Positions 24,439-24,504 of a stretch of 24,504 bases of DNA are shown piece by piece. The position numbers and the translations under genes were made by a program. Location: NCBI GenBank assembly GCA_001797185.1, contig MGOS01000096.1, forward strand, positions 3,448-27,951, read 5' to 3'. How positions within the stretch are numbered: position 1 is the stretch's first letter; each line of letters opens with the position of its first letter. The stretch comes from Clostridiales bacterium GWB2_37_7. GTDB taxonomy: Bacteria > Bacillota > Clostridia > Lutisporales > Lutisporaceae. The notes beneath the pieces were generated by a model, which was given only the letters and a program-made list of their open reading frames with translations, was not told the DNA's origin and made no database searches.

Positions 24439-24465
24439 ATATCGGACATCTTATTATAAACTTTA
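24439..24465 (-). promoter_or_regulatory. sigma-D (sigma-28) promoter for fliC
   Basis: Minus strand: TAAA (24465..24462), 15 nt, TCCGATAT (24446..24439). This is a near-perfect match to TAAA-N15-GCCGATAT. Confidence 0.65.
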
Positions 24466-24504
24466 TAGCTAGTTCAAAAAATATTTAAGCTTCTTCATTG
24501 CCTT

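Overview
This is a low-GC Firmicutes (Clostridia-like) chromosomal segment. Every supported gene except one lies on the minus strand. Reading the minus strand (high to low coordinates), the order is as follows. First comes a sigma-D/CsrA-type flagellin locus (fliC, flaG, fliD, fliS, FliT/FlgN-like chaperone). Next is a small CxxC zinc-ribbon gene behind a ~350-nt GC-rich structured leader, then hpf (raiA/yvyD family). An inserted block follows: an unknown ~210-aa protein, a 25-aa hydrophobic peptide, a 7TM HD-GYP phosphodiesterase, a DUF5317-like membrane protein and a small secreted/membrane protein. After that come secA, prfB (programmed +1 frameshift visible), a Cache/HAMP chemoreceptor, a plus-strand ACT-domain protein, tex, FMN-riboswitch-controlled ribU, tsaE, a tsaB-rimI fusion ORF, and an ECF sigma / zf-HC2 anti-sigma / bactofilin-like membrane protein operon. 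The backbone order fliC-flaG-fliD-fliS-fliT-hpf-secA-prfB matches the B. subtilis hag..prfB region. Three things stand out. (1) A compact ORF-less group I (IA-like) ribozyme core with recognisable P, Q, R and S elements sits exactly between the fliC stop codon and a second, diverged copy of the last 14 flagellin codons. (2) A ~315-350 nt GC-rich RNA that I cannot classify runs from a near-consensus sigma-A promoter to the zinc-ribbon gene, in the neighbourhood upstream of hpf/raiA. (3) A dense DnaA-box cluster with Spo0A-box-like heptamers and an AT-rich tract lies in the unusually long (~650 bp) non-coding region upstream of hpf. All calls come from reading the sequence and ORF translations. 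No searches or folding programs were run.
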